Part shown: in pieces, positions 1-10,370 of the stretch
Position numbering within the stretch: the stretch's first letter is position 1
Layout of the letters: every line of letters starts with the position of its first letter
Source of the DNA: Candidatus Eiseniibacteriota bacterium
GTDB taxonomy: Bacteria > Eisenbacteria > RBG-16-71-46 > SZUA-252
Direction: 5' to 3'
Length of the DNA stretch: 64,000 nt
NCBI GenBank assembly: GCA_963703225.1
Contig: OY969801.1
Coordinates: 1,024,001-1,088,000, forward strand
Notes under the pieces: model-generated
What the model was told of the DNA's origin: nothing
Database searches by the model: none
The model's input: the letters and a program-made list of their open reading frames with translations, nothing else
Program-made: the position numbers and the translations under genes

Positions 1-1
1 G

Positions 2-850
2 CAGCCACGTGCGGAGTTGGAACGGCGACGCGGCGACCTGCTCGAGGAGCGAGAGAGGGTCGCGCGGGCGGAGAACACCCTCAAGCTTCTGATCCTCGGC
101 GACAACGACGAGGTCTTGTGGCAGTCGCAGATCGCTCCGGCCGATAGCATGGCGACCCCGGTCCTTCCCGTAAATATCCCTTCGGCGCTGCAGAGGGCGC
201 TTTCGGCGCGTCCCGAGCTCGACACGGGCAAGGCCCTCGTGGATCAACGAAGGGCGGAGACCGCTTTCGCCAAGAACGGAGTTTGGCCGGCGCTCGATGC
301 GGTCTTCTCCTACGACAGGTACGGCCTCGCGGGCTCACTCAACCCCTCTGGTCCGGGAGGCACTCTGCCACCCAAGCTGGACGGAGATCTAAGCCAGTCC
401 TTCGAGACGCTCGGCGACGGCGACTTCGACGCCGCCCGCGTGGCGGTGGTGCTCGGATTCCCGATCCGCAATCGCACGGCGAGGGCCGCGGCGGACGTGG
501 CACACCATGTCGAACGGCAGGCCGAGGCGGATCTGGAGGGGATCCGCAAATCGATTCGGGCCGAGGTCCTCGACGCGGCCGCCGGACTCGAGACCGCGGG
601 ACAGAGGATCGAGTCGACCCGCGCCGGTCGGGAGGCGGCGGAGGTCCAGCTCTCGGCCGAACGGGACCGGTATGCGACGGGGCTATCCACCAATTTCCTC
701 GTGCTGACACGCCAGAACGATCTCTCCCGCGCCCGGTTGGATGAGATCTCGGCTCTCACCGACTACCGAATGGCGCGCTCCGAGATGTCCCGCGCCACTG
801 GGTTGCTAGTGGAAGAGCACGGAATCAACGTCGACGGAACGAGACGATAA
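2..850 (+). CDS. TolC-family outer membrane efflux protein (5' end outside window)
   Basis: Open frame from the window edge; OEP-like repeats (RPEL, ERDRYATGLSTNFLVLTRQ); first gene of an MFP-RND operon. Confidence 0.88.
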   Translation, partial: QPRAELERRRGDLLEERERVARAENTLKLLILGDNDEVLWQSQIAPADSMATPVLPVNIPSALQRALSARPELDTGKALVDQRRAETAFAKNGVWPALDAVFSYDRYGLAGSLNPSGPGGTLPPKLDGDLSQSFETLGDGDFDAARVAVVLGFPIRNRTARAAADVAHHVERQAEADLEGIRKSIRAEVLDAAAGLETAGQRIESTRAGREAAEVQLSAERDRYATGLSTNFLVLTRQNDLSRARLDEISALTDYRMARSEMSRATGLLVEEHGINVDGTRR

Positions 851-863
851 GGAGGAATGGGTC

Positions 864-1985
864 ATGAAGAAGAGAATGATTCTCGTGGTATCCGCGATGG
901 TCGTGCTGGTCGCCGGCCTAGGTTTTGTGAAGTTCCAACAGATTCGCATGGCGATGGCTCAGGGGGGCTGGCAGCCGCCTCCCGAGGCCGTCACCACGAT
1001 CGCCGCGCGCCAGGAGCAGTGGCCCGCGACCGCGAGCGTCATCGGGACGGTGGTGGCCGTTCAGGGCGTCACCGTGAGCGCGGACTTGCCCGGCATCGTC
1101 CAGGAGATCGCCTTCGAATCCGGAAAGGGAGTCCTGGCGGGAGAGGTGCTGGTGAGGCTCGACGTGAGCCAGGAACGGGCCCAGTTGGCCGCGGCCGATG
1201 CTCAACGCGAGCTCGCCCGTCTCAACCTCGACCGTATGAGCCGTCTGCTGGAGAAGAAGGTCGTCTCGCAGGCGGAGTTCGACCGGGTCACGGCCGAATC
1301 CAAGCAAGCGGAGGCGAGAGCGGGCGAAATCCGGGCCATCATTGACCGAAAGCAGATCCGGGCGCCGTTTACCGGGGTTCTGGGCATCCGCCAGATCAAT
1401 CTGGGCCAGTACCTGACGGCGGGGGATCCGATCGTCCCACTACAGTCGTTGGATCCGGTCTACGTGAACTTCTCCGTGCCGCAGCATGAGCTTGGCGGAT
1501 TGAAGGTCGGCGCCACCGTGAATGTGGCGGCCGAGAGCGTCGCGGTCATCGCCGCCGGCAGGGTCACGGCCATCAACTCCGTAGTGGACGAGGCGACCCG
1601 AAACGTCCAGATCCAGGCCGTCTTCCGCAATCCGTATGGCAGGCTGCGGCCCGGCATGTTCGTGGAGGTGGAAGCGCGGCTTGGGACCGGCTCCTCCGTG
1701 GTCGCGCTCCCGGCCTCGGCGGTCAGTTACGCGCCGTACGGCAATTCGGTCTTCGTCGTGGGCGACCTCAAGGGGCCGAACGGCAAGACCTACCGTGGTG
1801 TGGAGCAGCGCTTCGTCAAGCTGGGCGGCAGCCGCGGCGACCAGGTCGCGGTCGTGTCCGGCCTCAAGACGGGCGAAGAGGTCGTGACCTCCGGAGTCTT
1901 CAAACTTCGGAACGGCGCGTCCGTCGTGGTCAACAACGAGATCCGGCCGGGGAATGATCCCGCGCCGAAGCCGGAGGACAGCTGA
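864..1985 (+). CDS. RND efflux periplasmic adaptor (membrane fusion protein)
   Basis: N-terminal TM; lipoyl/coiled-coil IRAPFTGVLG; LRPGMFV motif; AGGAGG RBS; abuts the RND gene. Confidence 0.93.
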   Translation: MKKRMILVVSAMVVLVAGLGFVKFQQIRMAMAQGGWQPPPEAVTTIAARQEQWPATASVIGTVVAVQGVTVSADLPGIVQEIAFESGKGVLAGEVLVRLDVSQERAQLAAADAQRELARLNLDRMSRLLEKKVVSQAEFDRVTAESKQAEARAGEIRAIIDRKQIRAPFTGVLGIRQINLGQYLTAGDPIVPLQSLDPVYVNFSVPQHELGGLKVGATVNVAAESVAVIAAGRVTAINSVVDEATRNVQIQAVFRNPYGRLRPGMFVEVEARLGTGSSVVALPASAVSYAPYGNSVFVVGDLKGPNGKTYRGVEQRFVKLGGSRGDQVAVVSGLKTGEEVVTSGVFKLRNGASVVVNNEIRPGNDPAPKPEDS

Positions 1986-4900
1986 TGAAATTCACCGACC
2001 TATTCATTCGGCGACCGGTACTGGCGATGGTCGTCAGCTTGGTCATCCTGATCGCCGGCCTCCAGTCGATCCGCTCGCTCAGCGTGCGCCAGTACCCTCG
2101 CAGCGATATCGCGATTGTCAGGGTGACAACGGCGTACGTCGGCGCCAATGCCGACCTGGTGCGCGGGTTCATCACGACACCCTTGGAGCGCGTGATCGCG
2201 AGCGCCGACGGCATCGACTACATGGAGTCGTCCAGTGCCCAAGGTGTGAGCACGATCACCATACACCTGAAGCTCAACTACGACACGAACGCCGCCCTCA
2301 CTCAGGTTCAGGCGAAGGTGGCGCAGGTGCGGAATGACCTTCCCCCGGAGGCTCAGGCGCCGATCATCGAGCTGGAAACGGCAGACAACCAATTCGCGGC
2401 GATGTATCTCGGCTTCGCCTCGAACGACCTCGATCAGAACCAGATCACCGACTACCTGATGCGCGTCGTGCAGCCCAAGCTGAGCTCGATCGACGGGGTG
2501 CAGCGGGCCGAGATCCTCGGCGGCCGCACCTTCGCGATGCGGGTTTGGCTCAAGCCCGAGAAGATGGCGGCCATGGGCATTTCAGCGTCCCAGGTGCACG
2601 ACGCGCTCGCCGATAACAACTACCTCTCCACGCTGGGTCAGACGAAGGGGTCGATGGTGTCGGTGAACCTGGTCGCCAACACCGATTTGAAGACTGCCGA
2701 TGAGTTCCGTCGCCTCGTCGTCAAGGAGGACAAGGGCACCGTCGTTCGGCTCGGCGATATCGCGGACGTCGTGCTGGGCGCCGAGAATTACGAGCAAGAT
2801 GTGCGGTTCGACGGCCAGGGCGCGGTCTTCATGGGCGTCTGGGTGCTCCCGACCGCCAATACGCTGGAAGTGATTCGACGAGTGCGGGAGGCGATGCCCG
2901 GCATTCAGGCGCAGCTCCCCGCGGGAATGAAGGCCGGGATTCCCTACGATTCGACGGAGTACATCGAGAGCGCCATCCGCGAGGTACTCAAAACCCTTTC
3001 CGAGACGCTGCTCATCGTCATTCTCGTCATCTTCCTCTTCCTCGGCTCGGTGCGCGCGGTGATCATCCCGGTTGTGGCGATTCCGATCTCGCTGATCGGG
3101 GCGGTCTTCCTGATGATGGCCGCCGGGTTCACCATTAATCTGCTCACCCTGCTTGCGATCGTGCTCTCGGTGGGGCTCGTGGTGGACGACGCGATCGTGA
3201 TGGTCGAGAACGTCGAGCGCCATCTGCGTCTCGGGGTTGGCCCCTTCCGTGCGGCGATCGAGGCGGCCCGCGAGTTGATCGGCCCGATCATCGCCATGAC
3301 GCTCACGTTGGCCGCGGTCTATACCCCCGTGGCGATCCAGGGTGGCCTAACGGGATCCCTATTCCGGGAGTTCGCGTTCACGCTCGCGGGGGCGGTCATT
3401 GTCTCCGGAATTGTGGCGCTCACGTTGTCGCCGATGATGGGATCGAAGCTGCTCCGCGCGGGAGATACCGAACGGGGCTTCGCGGGGTGGATCAATCGAC
3501 GCTTCGACGGCGTTCGCGACGCGTACAAGACAGCCCTCTCGGGATCGCTCCAATACCGATCCGCCGTCTATGTCGTATGGGCGGTCGTTGTGGCGTTGAT
3601 CATCCCGTTCTACATGTTCTCCATGCGTGAGCTGGCGCCGAACGAGGATCAGAGCGTGGTCTTCGGAATCATCCAGGCGGCACCAAACTCCACCCTCGAC
3701 CAGACCAAGCTCTATGCGTCGCAGGTGGAGCGTGTCTACCGCTCGTTCCCGGAGTACAAGAACACCTTCCAGCTCGTGTCTCCGACCGGTGGCTTCGGAG
3801 GGATGGTCACCAAGCCTTGGAGCGACCGAAAGAAGACCGCGTCACAGCTCCAGGTCGAATCCTCCTTCGGCCTCTCGAAGATCCCCGGGATTCGCGTCAT
3901 CTCCCTCATTCCCCCCGCGCTGCCCGGAGGCGGTGATTTCCCGGTCGATTTCGTCATCGCTTCGACGGCTGAGCCGGAACGGCTCGTGGATTTCGCCAAC
4001 CAGCTTGTCGGAAGGGCGTTTGGGAGCGGTCTGTTCATGTTCGCCGACGCAGACCTCAAGTATGACCAGCCTCAGGCGAATGTCGTCTTCAACCGCGACA
4101 AGGTTCGCTCCCAGGGAGTCGAGATGAGTGAAGCGGGGAAGGATCTCTCGACGCTTCTGGGCGGAAACTACGTCAACCGCTTCAGCATCCAGGGACGCAG
4201 CTACAAAGTGATCCCGCAAGTAAAGCGAAGCGAGCGACTCACGCCGGACCAGCTCAAAGATATCTACGTCACCGGGACCGGCGGTCGGCTCGTACCCCTG
4301 TCGACATTCGCCACTCTAAGGACGTCGACGGAGCCGCGGGAGCTTAAGCGGTTCCAGCAGCTCAACGCCGTGCGCATCCAGGGCGTCATCCCGCCAGGGG
4401 TGTCGCTGGATCAGGCGCTTAGTTTCTTGGAGAACGAGGCGAAGGGGATACTTCCCACGGGGTTCACGATCGACTACGCGGGTGAGTCGCGACAACTCCG
4501 CACCGAAGGCAGCCGGTTTCTCGGCATCTTTCTCCTATCCGCGGTCCTGATCTTCCTGGTGCTCGCGGCTCAGTTCGAGAGCTTCCGGGATCCCTTCGTC
4601 ATCCTCGCGGGCTCGGCGCCACTGGCGATCTCCGGCGCCTTGCTCTTCTCCTTCTTGGGCTTCACGACGATGAACATCTACAGCCAGGTGGGGCTCATCA
4701 CGCTGGTTGGGCTCGTGGCGAAGAACGGCATCCTCATCGTTCAGTTCGCGAACCACCTGCGGGAATCGGGCATGGACAAGCTCCGAGCGGTCATCGAGGC
4801 GGCGGGGACGCGGCTGCGGCCCATCCTCATGACCACCGCGGCCACGGTGTTCGGCCACCTCCCCCTGGTCTTTGCCAGCGGTCCGGGAGCCGGAGCGCGC

Positions 4901-5074
4901 AACAGCATCGGCATCACCCTGGTCAGCGGCATGATCATCGGCACCTTCTTTACGCTCTTCATCGTGCCGTCCGTCTACATGCTCGTAGCCGGCGCGCACA
5001 AGCGTGTCGCCGTGCGTGAAGAGGCGCGCGAGACGGAGGCGCCCATCGCGGAGGCCGTGCCAGGCGCGGCGTAG
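1985..5074 (+). CDS. RND efflux transporter permease (AcrB/AcrD/AcrF family)
   Basis: 1029 aa; FIRRPV N-terminus, GLVVDDAIVMVEN, KNGILIV, RLRPILMT motifs. Confidence 0.96.
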   Translation: MKFTDLFIRRPVLAMVVSLVILIAGLQSIRSLSVRQYPRSDIAIVRVTTAYVGANADLVRGFITTPLERVIASADGIDYMESSSAQGVSTITIHLKLNYDTNAALTQVQAKVAQVRNDLPPEAQAPIIELETADNQFAAMYLGFASNDLDQNQITDYLMRVVQPKLSSIDGVQRAEILGGRTFAMRVWLKPEKMAAMGISASQVHDALADNNYLSTLGQTKGSMVSVNLVANTDLKTADEFRRLVVKEDKGTVVRLGDIADVVLGAENYEQDVRFDGQGAVFMGVWVLPTANTLEVIRRVREAMPGIQAQLPAGMKAGIPYDSTEYIESAIREVLKTLSETLLIVILVIFLFLGSVRAVIIPVVAIPISLIGAVFLMMAAGFTINLLTLLAIVLSVGLVVDDAIVMVENVERHLRLGVGPFRAAIEAARELIGPIIAMTLTLAAVYTPVAIQGGLTGSLFREFAFTLAGAVIVSGIVALTLSPMMGSKLLRAGDTERGFAGWINRRFDGVRDAYKTALSGSLQYRSAVYVVWAVVVALIIPFYMFSMRELAPNEDQSVVFGIIQAAPNSTLDQTKLYASQVERVYRSFPEYKNTFQLVSPTGGFGGMVTKPWSDRKKTASQLQVESSFGLSKIPGIRVISLIPPALPGGGDFPVDFVIASTAEPERLVDFANQLVGRAFGSGLFMFADADLKYDQPQANVVFNRDKVRSQGVEMSEAGKDLSTLLGGNYVNRFSIQGRSYKVIPQVKRSERLTPDQLKDIYVTGTGGRLVPLSTFATLRTSTEPRELKRFQQLNAVRIQGVIPPGVSLDQALSFLENEAKGILPTGFTIDYAGESRQLRTEGSRFLGIFLLSAVLIFLVLAAQFESFRDPFVILAGSAPLAISGALLFSFLGFTTMNIYSQVGLITLVGLVAKNGILIVQFANHLRESGMDKLRAVIEAAGTRLRPILMTTAATVFGHLPLVFASGPGAGARNSIGITLVSGMIIGTFFTLFIVPSVYMLVAGAHKRVAVREEARETEAPIAEAVPGAA

Positions 5075-5188
5075 GAGCGTCAACGCGCTCCCGCGCGGCT
5101 CGGGTGACGCTGGCCGCGTGCCCGAGTGTCGAGCCCGATTGCCGGGCTCGGCGAAGTTCCACCGGCCGTGGGTAAGGAGGACTGAGCC

Positions 5189-5920
5189 ATGTTTGACATT
5201 CTTGGCACGATCGCACTCACATCGATCGCGGTCCTGCTCGTCGGCGCCCTGATTCTCGCCGGCGAACGGGATGGGGAGAGGCGGAGCCTTCTCGCGCTGC
5301 TCGCCGTAGCATGGTTCGTCGGGATCGTCGGTCTCGCGGCCAGGGGAGTCTTCTCGAGGCCGACGGGAATCGGCACCCCGGCGATCGGCGCGGCCGTGGT
5401 GGCTCCGATCCTCGTGGGCTTGATCGCCTTCGCCCGCTCACGCTCGGCGCGGACGTTCGCGCTTGGCATCCCGCTGACGGTGCTAGTCGGCGTGCACGCG
5501 GGTCGGCTCCTCGGAACCTTCTTCCTGGCGCTTCATGCAGCGGGGCGGCTGCCTCCAACGTTCGCGCTGACCGCCGGGTGGGGAGACATTCTCGTGGGGG
5601 CGCTCGCCGTGCCGCTAGCCTGGACGATTCATCGACGTTCGCGTGGCTGGCGTGGCCTGGCGTTGGCCTGGAACACAATGGCGCTCCTTGACCTTGTGAC
5701 GGCGGTTTCCCTCGGTGTGGGCTCGGCGCCGGACTCCCCGGTGCGATTCATATTTGAGAGTCCGAACTCGGGCGTGCTGGGGACATTGCCCTGGGTACTG
5801 ATCCCGGCCTTTATGGTGCCGCTTTACATGCTGACACACGCGGCCATCTTCGCGCAGCTCGCCGTGGGCGCGACCAATGAGGGCCGGTTGCCGGTGCGGA
5901 GCGGACTCCCGTGCCTCTAA
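5189..5920 (+). CDS. Hypothetical multi-pass membrane protein
   Basis: AAGGAGG RBS; about 7 hydrophobic segments; GWGDILVG and LPWVLIPAFMVP motifs. Confidence 0.75.
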   Translation: MFDILGTIALTSIAVLLVGALILAGERDGERRSLLALLAVAWFVGIVGLAARGVFSRPTGIGTPAIGAAVVAPILVGLIAFARSRSARTFALGIPLTVLVGVHAGRLLGTFFLALHAAGRLPPTFALTAGWGDILVGALAVPLAWTIHRRSRGWRGLALAWNTMALLDLVTAVSLGVGSAPDSPVRFIFESPNSGVLGTLPWVLIPAFMVPLYMLTHAAIFAQLAVGATNEGRLPVRSGLPCL

Positions 5921-5994
5921 GCCCGCGGTAATCGCGACGAGGACGTGGCCAGACGGACCCATGGTGGCGGGTCGACACAAAGGAGATCCCTGAC

Positions 5995-6408
5995 ATGAGA
6001 GCAGCGAAAGCGTTTGGGATGGTGGTCGGAATCACGGGGCTGATTCAGGTTGTCTTGGGCATCCTCTTCTGGAGCGGACTCTTACAGACCCTCATTCCTC
6101 TCCACATGGTCTTTGGATTTCTCTTCGTTCTGGCTCTATGGGCGGTCGCCGCGCTGGCCATTCGGGCGCGCGTGCCCGCGGGCCTCATCGCGCTCGCGTT
6201 CGTCTGGGGTGCGGTCGTCATCCTTCTTGGGATGACCCAAGCGCAACTCCTTCCAGGACCGCAACACTGGATCATCCGCGGCCTGCACCTGCTCGTCGGT
6301 TTGGGAGCGATGGGACAGGCGAGAGGGCTGGTACGGCGAATCGAGGAAGGAACGTCTCGCAAGGACTCCATTCCGGGCGCGGCCGAGCGGCAACCGGCCG
6401 CGGGGTGA
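5995..6408 (+). CDS. Small membrane protein with His residues in TM segments
   Basis: AAGGAG RBS; about 4 TM helices; LHMVFG and LHLLVG. Confidence 0.7.
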   Translation: MRAAKAFGMVVGITGLIQVVLGILFWSGLLQTLIPLHMVFGFLFVLALWAVAALAIRARVPAGLIALAFVWGAVVILLGMTQAQLLPGPQHWIIRGLHLLVGLGAMGQARGLVRRIEEGTSRKDSIPGAAERQPAAG

Positions 6409-6648
6409 CAATGGGGGCTGATGCGTACCCGCCTGAAGAAGTATCTGGAGGTCGGCCCCAGCAAGGCAATTGTGCGATGATGATGAGATGAAGGCAGCGG
6501 TACTCCGGGAGCTTGGGGCAGCAGGAAAATCGATCTGGCCGTAGAATCGTGCTGATCCCCGTTGCGGAGCTGAGTGCGCGTCCGCGAGTTCCGATGGCCT
6601 GATGGTCGTGGCATTGACCCAATGTGAGGCGCTCCCGATGCGCGTAGC

Positions 6649-7767
6649 GTGCTAGGTTCGCTGCTTGCAGCTGCATTCGGTCTCTTCTTCCTCGCCATTG
6701 TATTGTGGGACGCCTACGAGACCATTCTCCTCCCACGCCGACTTCCAGGAGACATCCGCCTTTCTCGCCTGGTTCTCCGGAGCATCTGGAAGATCTGGAG
6801 GGCCCTCGGTCGAAGGATCCGGGCCCGAAATCAGCGGGAGCTGTTCCTCAGCTTCTATGCGCAGCTCTCGCTGATCGTCCTCTTCGGCGTCTGGGCGGTG
6901 GGGCTCATCGTCGGGTTTGCCTCGCTGCATTGGGCGCTCGGTTCGCGACTCCACGTGCCCCCAGGTCTCTCCGGCATCGCAGCCGACCTCTACATGAGCG
7001 GGACCACCTTTTTCACACTTGGGCTTGGCGACGTCGTCCCTCTGACCCATTTCGCACGCCTCCTCACTGTACTGGAGGCGGGAATTGGCTTCGGCTTTCT
7101 CGCCCTGGTGATCTCGTACGTTCCGGTCCTCTACCAGTTCTTCTCGCGGCGAGAAGCGCGCATCACAATGCTGGACGAGTGGGCGGGATCGCCACCCGCG
7201 GCGGCGCTGATCTTGCGGCGCGCGTTTGAGAGCGGCAATCCCGGCGCCGCGTTGGATCGGCTATTCCGAGATTGGGAGCTGGCGGCGGCCGAGATTCTCG
7301 AGAGCCACCTGTCCTATCCGACCCTCGCCTTCTTCCGGTCGCAGCACGACAACCAGTCTTGGCTCGCGTCGCTCTGCGCGGTTCTGGACGCCTCCGTTTT
7401 GGCGGCTACGTGGGTCAAGGGAATCGATCCCTTCCAGCCGCGGCTCACCTTCGCCATTTGCCGCCACACGCTCGTCGACGTGAGTCAGGTATTCCGGCTA
7501 CGGCCGCGAGAAGAGCACAGCGCGCGAAGCGCGCCGGAACGAATTGCGGACATGCGCGCATGGCTCGTCGCGGCTGGGGTGCCGATGCAGGAGGGTGCGG
7601 AGGCCGAGGCGCGGTTCCACGACCTGCGCCGATTGTATGCACCCTATCTCGGGGCCCTCTCCGAGTACCTGCAGATGCCCCTCCCAGGCTGGCTGCCATC
7701 AGGGAAGGCTCGATACAACTGGCAGACCACCGCGGTCTCGCCCACCGTGCACGATGGTGCCGATTAG
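6649..7767 (+). CDS. Potassium channel family protein (Ion_trans_2 pore domain)
   Basis: Pore signature SGTTFFTLGLGDVVP flanked by TM helices. Confidence 0.85.
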   Translation: MLGSLLAAAFGLFFLAIVLWDAYETILLPRRLPGDIRLSRLVLRSIWKIWRALGRRIRARNQRELFLSFYAQLSLIVLFGVWAVGLIVGFASLHWALGSRLHVPPGLSGIAADLYMSGTTFFTLGLGDVVPLTHFARLLTVLEAGIGFGFLALVISYVPVLYQFFSRREARITMLDEWAGSPPAAALILRRAFESGNPGAALDRLFRDWELAAAEILESHLSYPTLAFFRSQHDNQSWLASLCAVLDASVLAATWVKGIDPFQPRLTFAICRHTLVDVSQVFRLRPREEHSARSAPERIADMRAWLVAAGVPMQEGAEAEARFHDLRRLYAPYLGALSEYLQMPLPGWLPSGKARYNWQTTAVSPTVHDGAD

Positions 7768-7901
7768 CGTGGTACGCACGGCCCTGGCCGTGCTGTCGAC
7801 CCTGCGGCCGTAACGGCTGGATGTGGTGTAATCTTGTATCCACGAAGCCTGGCGCCGAATGATCGGCGGCTGAGGATCACAATCGCCCGGGGAGCGACAG
7901 G

Positions 7902-8876
7902 ATGACCATTCGTGAGGACGTGCGCCGTGCGTGGAGCATGATTCCGTTTGGGATGCTGCTGCTCGCGGGCGTGCTGGCCTGCTCGGCGGGGTGTGACACC
8001 TCAACCCGCGGGGGCGCCAAGCAACCGCAGGCTCTCAGCGCGGCCGAGGCCGATACGCTGCTCCGGTCTTACGTCAAGGATCGCGCCGACACCGAGGAGT
8101 GGCTGAAGAGCTCGCCGACCTCCTACCTCGCCACCGTCCAGCGGCGCGACTTCGATGGCCGCTCGTCGCTCATCGTGGGCGGCGCTGCCAGCAACGACGT
8201 GCGCATCGAAGATCCCGGCGTCAAGCCGCGACATCTCCGTGTCACCGTGGTAGGGGATTCGTTCCGCGTCGAGACGATCGACCGCGGGGCCCGTTTCAAG
8301 GTGAAGCACGTCGAGATGACCTCGGCAATGCTGCCGCCGAGCGGCATCAGAGTGGGGCGCTTCTCGCTCCGGCTCTCGCACCAGCGCTTCCCGGCGATCA
8401 TCGTGTTCGATCCGCAGAGCCCGCGGTACAAGGAGTACAAGGGTATTCAATACTTCCCGCCCGACCTCTCCTACCACATCGTCGCGGCGCTCACGCCCAA
8501 TCCAAAAGCCGACACGACCATCATCCTCTCCACCCGCGGCAACCAGAGGCGCGCCGTCCGGGTGGGGTGGTTCGACTTCAAGGTGAATGGCGCTCGCTGT
8601 CGCCTGGAGGCCACGCGCCTGCTCGAGCCGGGGGTAGGCGAGAAGGATTTCGGGCTGTTTTTCACGGACGCAACGACTGGCAAAGAGAGCTACGGCGTGG
8701 GGCGCTACCTCGAAGCCGTGCCGCGGCCCGACGGGCTCTACGTGCTCGATTTCAACATGTGCTACAACCCCGCATGCGCGTACTCGGAGCACTACAACTG
8801 TCCCATCCCGCCGCGGGAGAATCGGCTCATGGTGGGCATCCGTGCCGGCGAGATGGACGGGCACTACCTGCGCTGA
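7902..8876 (+). CDS. DUF1684 domain lipoprotein
   Basis: Lipobox-like SAGC; FTDATTGKESYGVGRYL and LDFNMCYNPACAYSEHYNCPIPP motifs. Confidence 0.85.
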   Translation: MTIREDVRRAWSMIPFGMLLLAGVLACSAGCDTSTRGGAKQPQALSAAEADTLLRSYVKDRADTEEWLKSSPTSYLATVQRRDFDGRSSLIVGGAASNDVRIEDPGVKPRHLRVTVVGDSFRVETIDRGARFKVKHVEMTSAMLPPSGIRVGRFSLRLSHQRFPAIIVFDPQSPRYKEYKGIQYFPPDLSYHIVAALTPNPKADTTIILSTRGNQRRAVRVGWFDFKVNGARCRLEATRLLEPGVGEKDFGLFFTDATTGKESYGVGRYLEAVPRPDGLYVLDFNMCYNPACAYSEHYNCPIPPRENRLMVGIRAGEMDGHYLR

Positions 8877-8899
8877 CCCTCACCGCACTCCTTCAGTGC

Positions 8900-9046
8900 T
8901 GCCATGGATGGCCGGGAAACTGTCAACCTGTCAGCATCCGAAGCTCGCCGCACGGAGCTGCACTCTCCAGGTCGAGACGTAACTTGCATCGGGGAGCGCG
9001 GCTCGGAGAGGTGTGCGTCCGTCTGTGTGAGAGGCACACTTCGTGC
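8900..9046 (+). promoter_or_regulatory. Sigma54 promoter (GG-N10-GC at 9033-9046) with upstream activator motif TGTCAACCTGTCA (8921-8933)
   Basis: AGGCACACTTCGTGC fits -24/-12; the same elements recur at 25712-25836. Confidence 0.75.
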
Positions 9047-9335
9047 CCATGAAGTCTAGCGCCGGTCCAGGCAGGGCCGGCAGGAGGTGTCGCGGATGAC
9101 GTGGCATCGCCACGCGGTGGCCAGCGTCGAGTTGTCTGAGCCGCGCGTGAGTCGCACGAGGGAACGGACCTAGCACTCATGCCAGGGGCCGCAATCGCCT
9201 TCCGGAGAACGGGAGGATGGAACGCGGCCCACCCTTGAGACGAAAGGCCCAATACCTCGGGACCACGGCCCCTCGGATGCGCGCTGGCCTTCCGCCAATG
9301 AAATCAAGAGCCAGCACCGGAAGGAGGAATGAGCC

Positions 9336-9770
9336 ATGAAGACGCTATTGCCGGGAAACGGGCTGTCGGCGCTGCGGAACGAGATGGATCGACTGTTCGA
9401 GAAGGCGTGGGTGGGAGAGATGCCCGAGCCCACCATGGGCGGATGGGATCCGCCGCTGGACTTCTCGGAAACGAACGACATGTTCCTCGTGAAGATGGAG
9501 GTGCCGGGGATGGATCCCAAGGAGATTCAGATTTCCTTGCAGGATCACGTTCTGACGATCTCCGGGGAGCGGAAGAAGGAAGAGAAGACCAAGGAAGAGC
9601 GCTTCTACCGGATCGAGCGCTCCTACGGAACCTTCACGCGGTCGATCCGTCTTCCCATGCCTGTCGACGAGAAGAAAGTGAACGCCCTATTCAAGAATGG
9701 CGTCCTTACGATCACGGTTCCAAAGAGTGAATCCGGCAAAGGACTGGTCGTACCCATCAAGACGGTCTAG
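9336..9770 (+). CDS. Hsp20/alpha-crystallin small heat shock protein
   Basis: ERSYGTFTRSIRLP and FKNGVLTITVPK motifs; AAGGAGG RBS. Confidence 0.95.
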   Translation: MKTLLPGNGLSALRNEMDRLFEKAWVGEMPEPTMGGWDPPLDFSETNDMFLVKMEVPGMDPKEIQISLQDHVLTISGERKKEEKTKEERFYRIERSYGTFTRSIRLPMPVDEKKVNALFKNGVLTITVPKSESGKGLVVPIKTV

Positions 9771-9816
9771 TTCCGCACATCGTCAAGGCGGAGAGCCAAA
9801 GCGGAGGATGCCAGCT

Positions 9817-10311
9817 ATGAAAGTGATTCTGGGCGTCGACGAGTCACCGTTCTCTGATGGCGCCTTACGCTACGTGAGTGAGACCACCTGGCCCAAGGAG
9901 ACAAGCTTTGTTGTGCTCTCGGCCGTTCCGCCGATGTTTTTCGGAGCTGGGGAGGCGGTGGCGCCACAGGGGATTACGGACCTGCTCGAGGAAGAGCAGC
10001 GGTACCACAAAGAAGTCGCCGAGCGAGGGGCAGCGCGCCTTCGCAAGGCCGGCCTAAAGGCCACGGCACGGGCGGTCCTTGGAGACCCTCGCATCGTGCT
10101 GGAAGAGGCCGCTCGGAAGGAGCGTGCGGATATGGTTGTGGTTGGCTCCCACGGCCGAAGCGGATTGAAAAAGCTGCTGCTCGGCAGCGTCGCCTCCCAC
10201 GTGGTGACGCATGCACCCTGTGCCGTGCTTGTCATCAAGTCGTCGAGTTGGAAACCGCGCGAAGGCGATCGGATCGGGGCTGATACCGAAACCGCCGCCT
10301 TGCCAGCCTGA
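9817..10311 (+). CDS. Universal stress protein (UspA family)
   Basis: ILGVDES start; DMVVVGSHGRSG..LLGSVA..V...APCAVLV motif. Confidence 0.93.
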   Translation: MKVILGVDESPFSDGALRYVSETTWPKETSFVVLSAVPPMFFGAGEAVAPQGITDLLEEEQRYHKEVAERGAARLRKAGLKATARAVLGDPRIVLEEAARKERADMVVVGSHGRSGLKKLLLGSVASHVVTHAPCAVLVIKSSSWKPREGDRIGADTETAALPA

Positions 10312-10370
10312 GGGGGATGTACGGTATCGTGACAGAGTCTCGTTTTGCTGTCTCAGAAGGAGGACCAACC

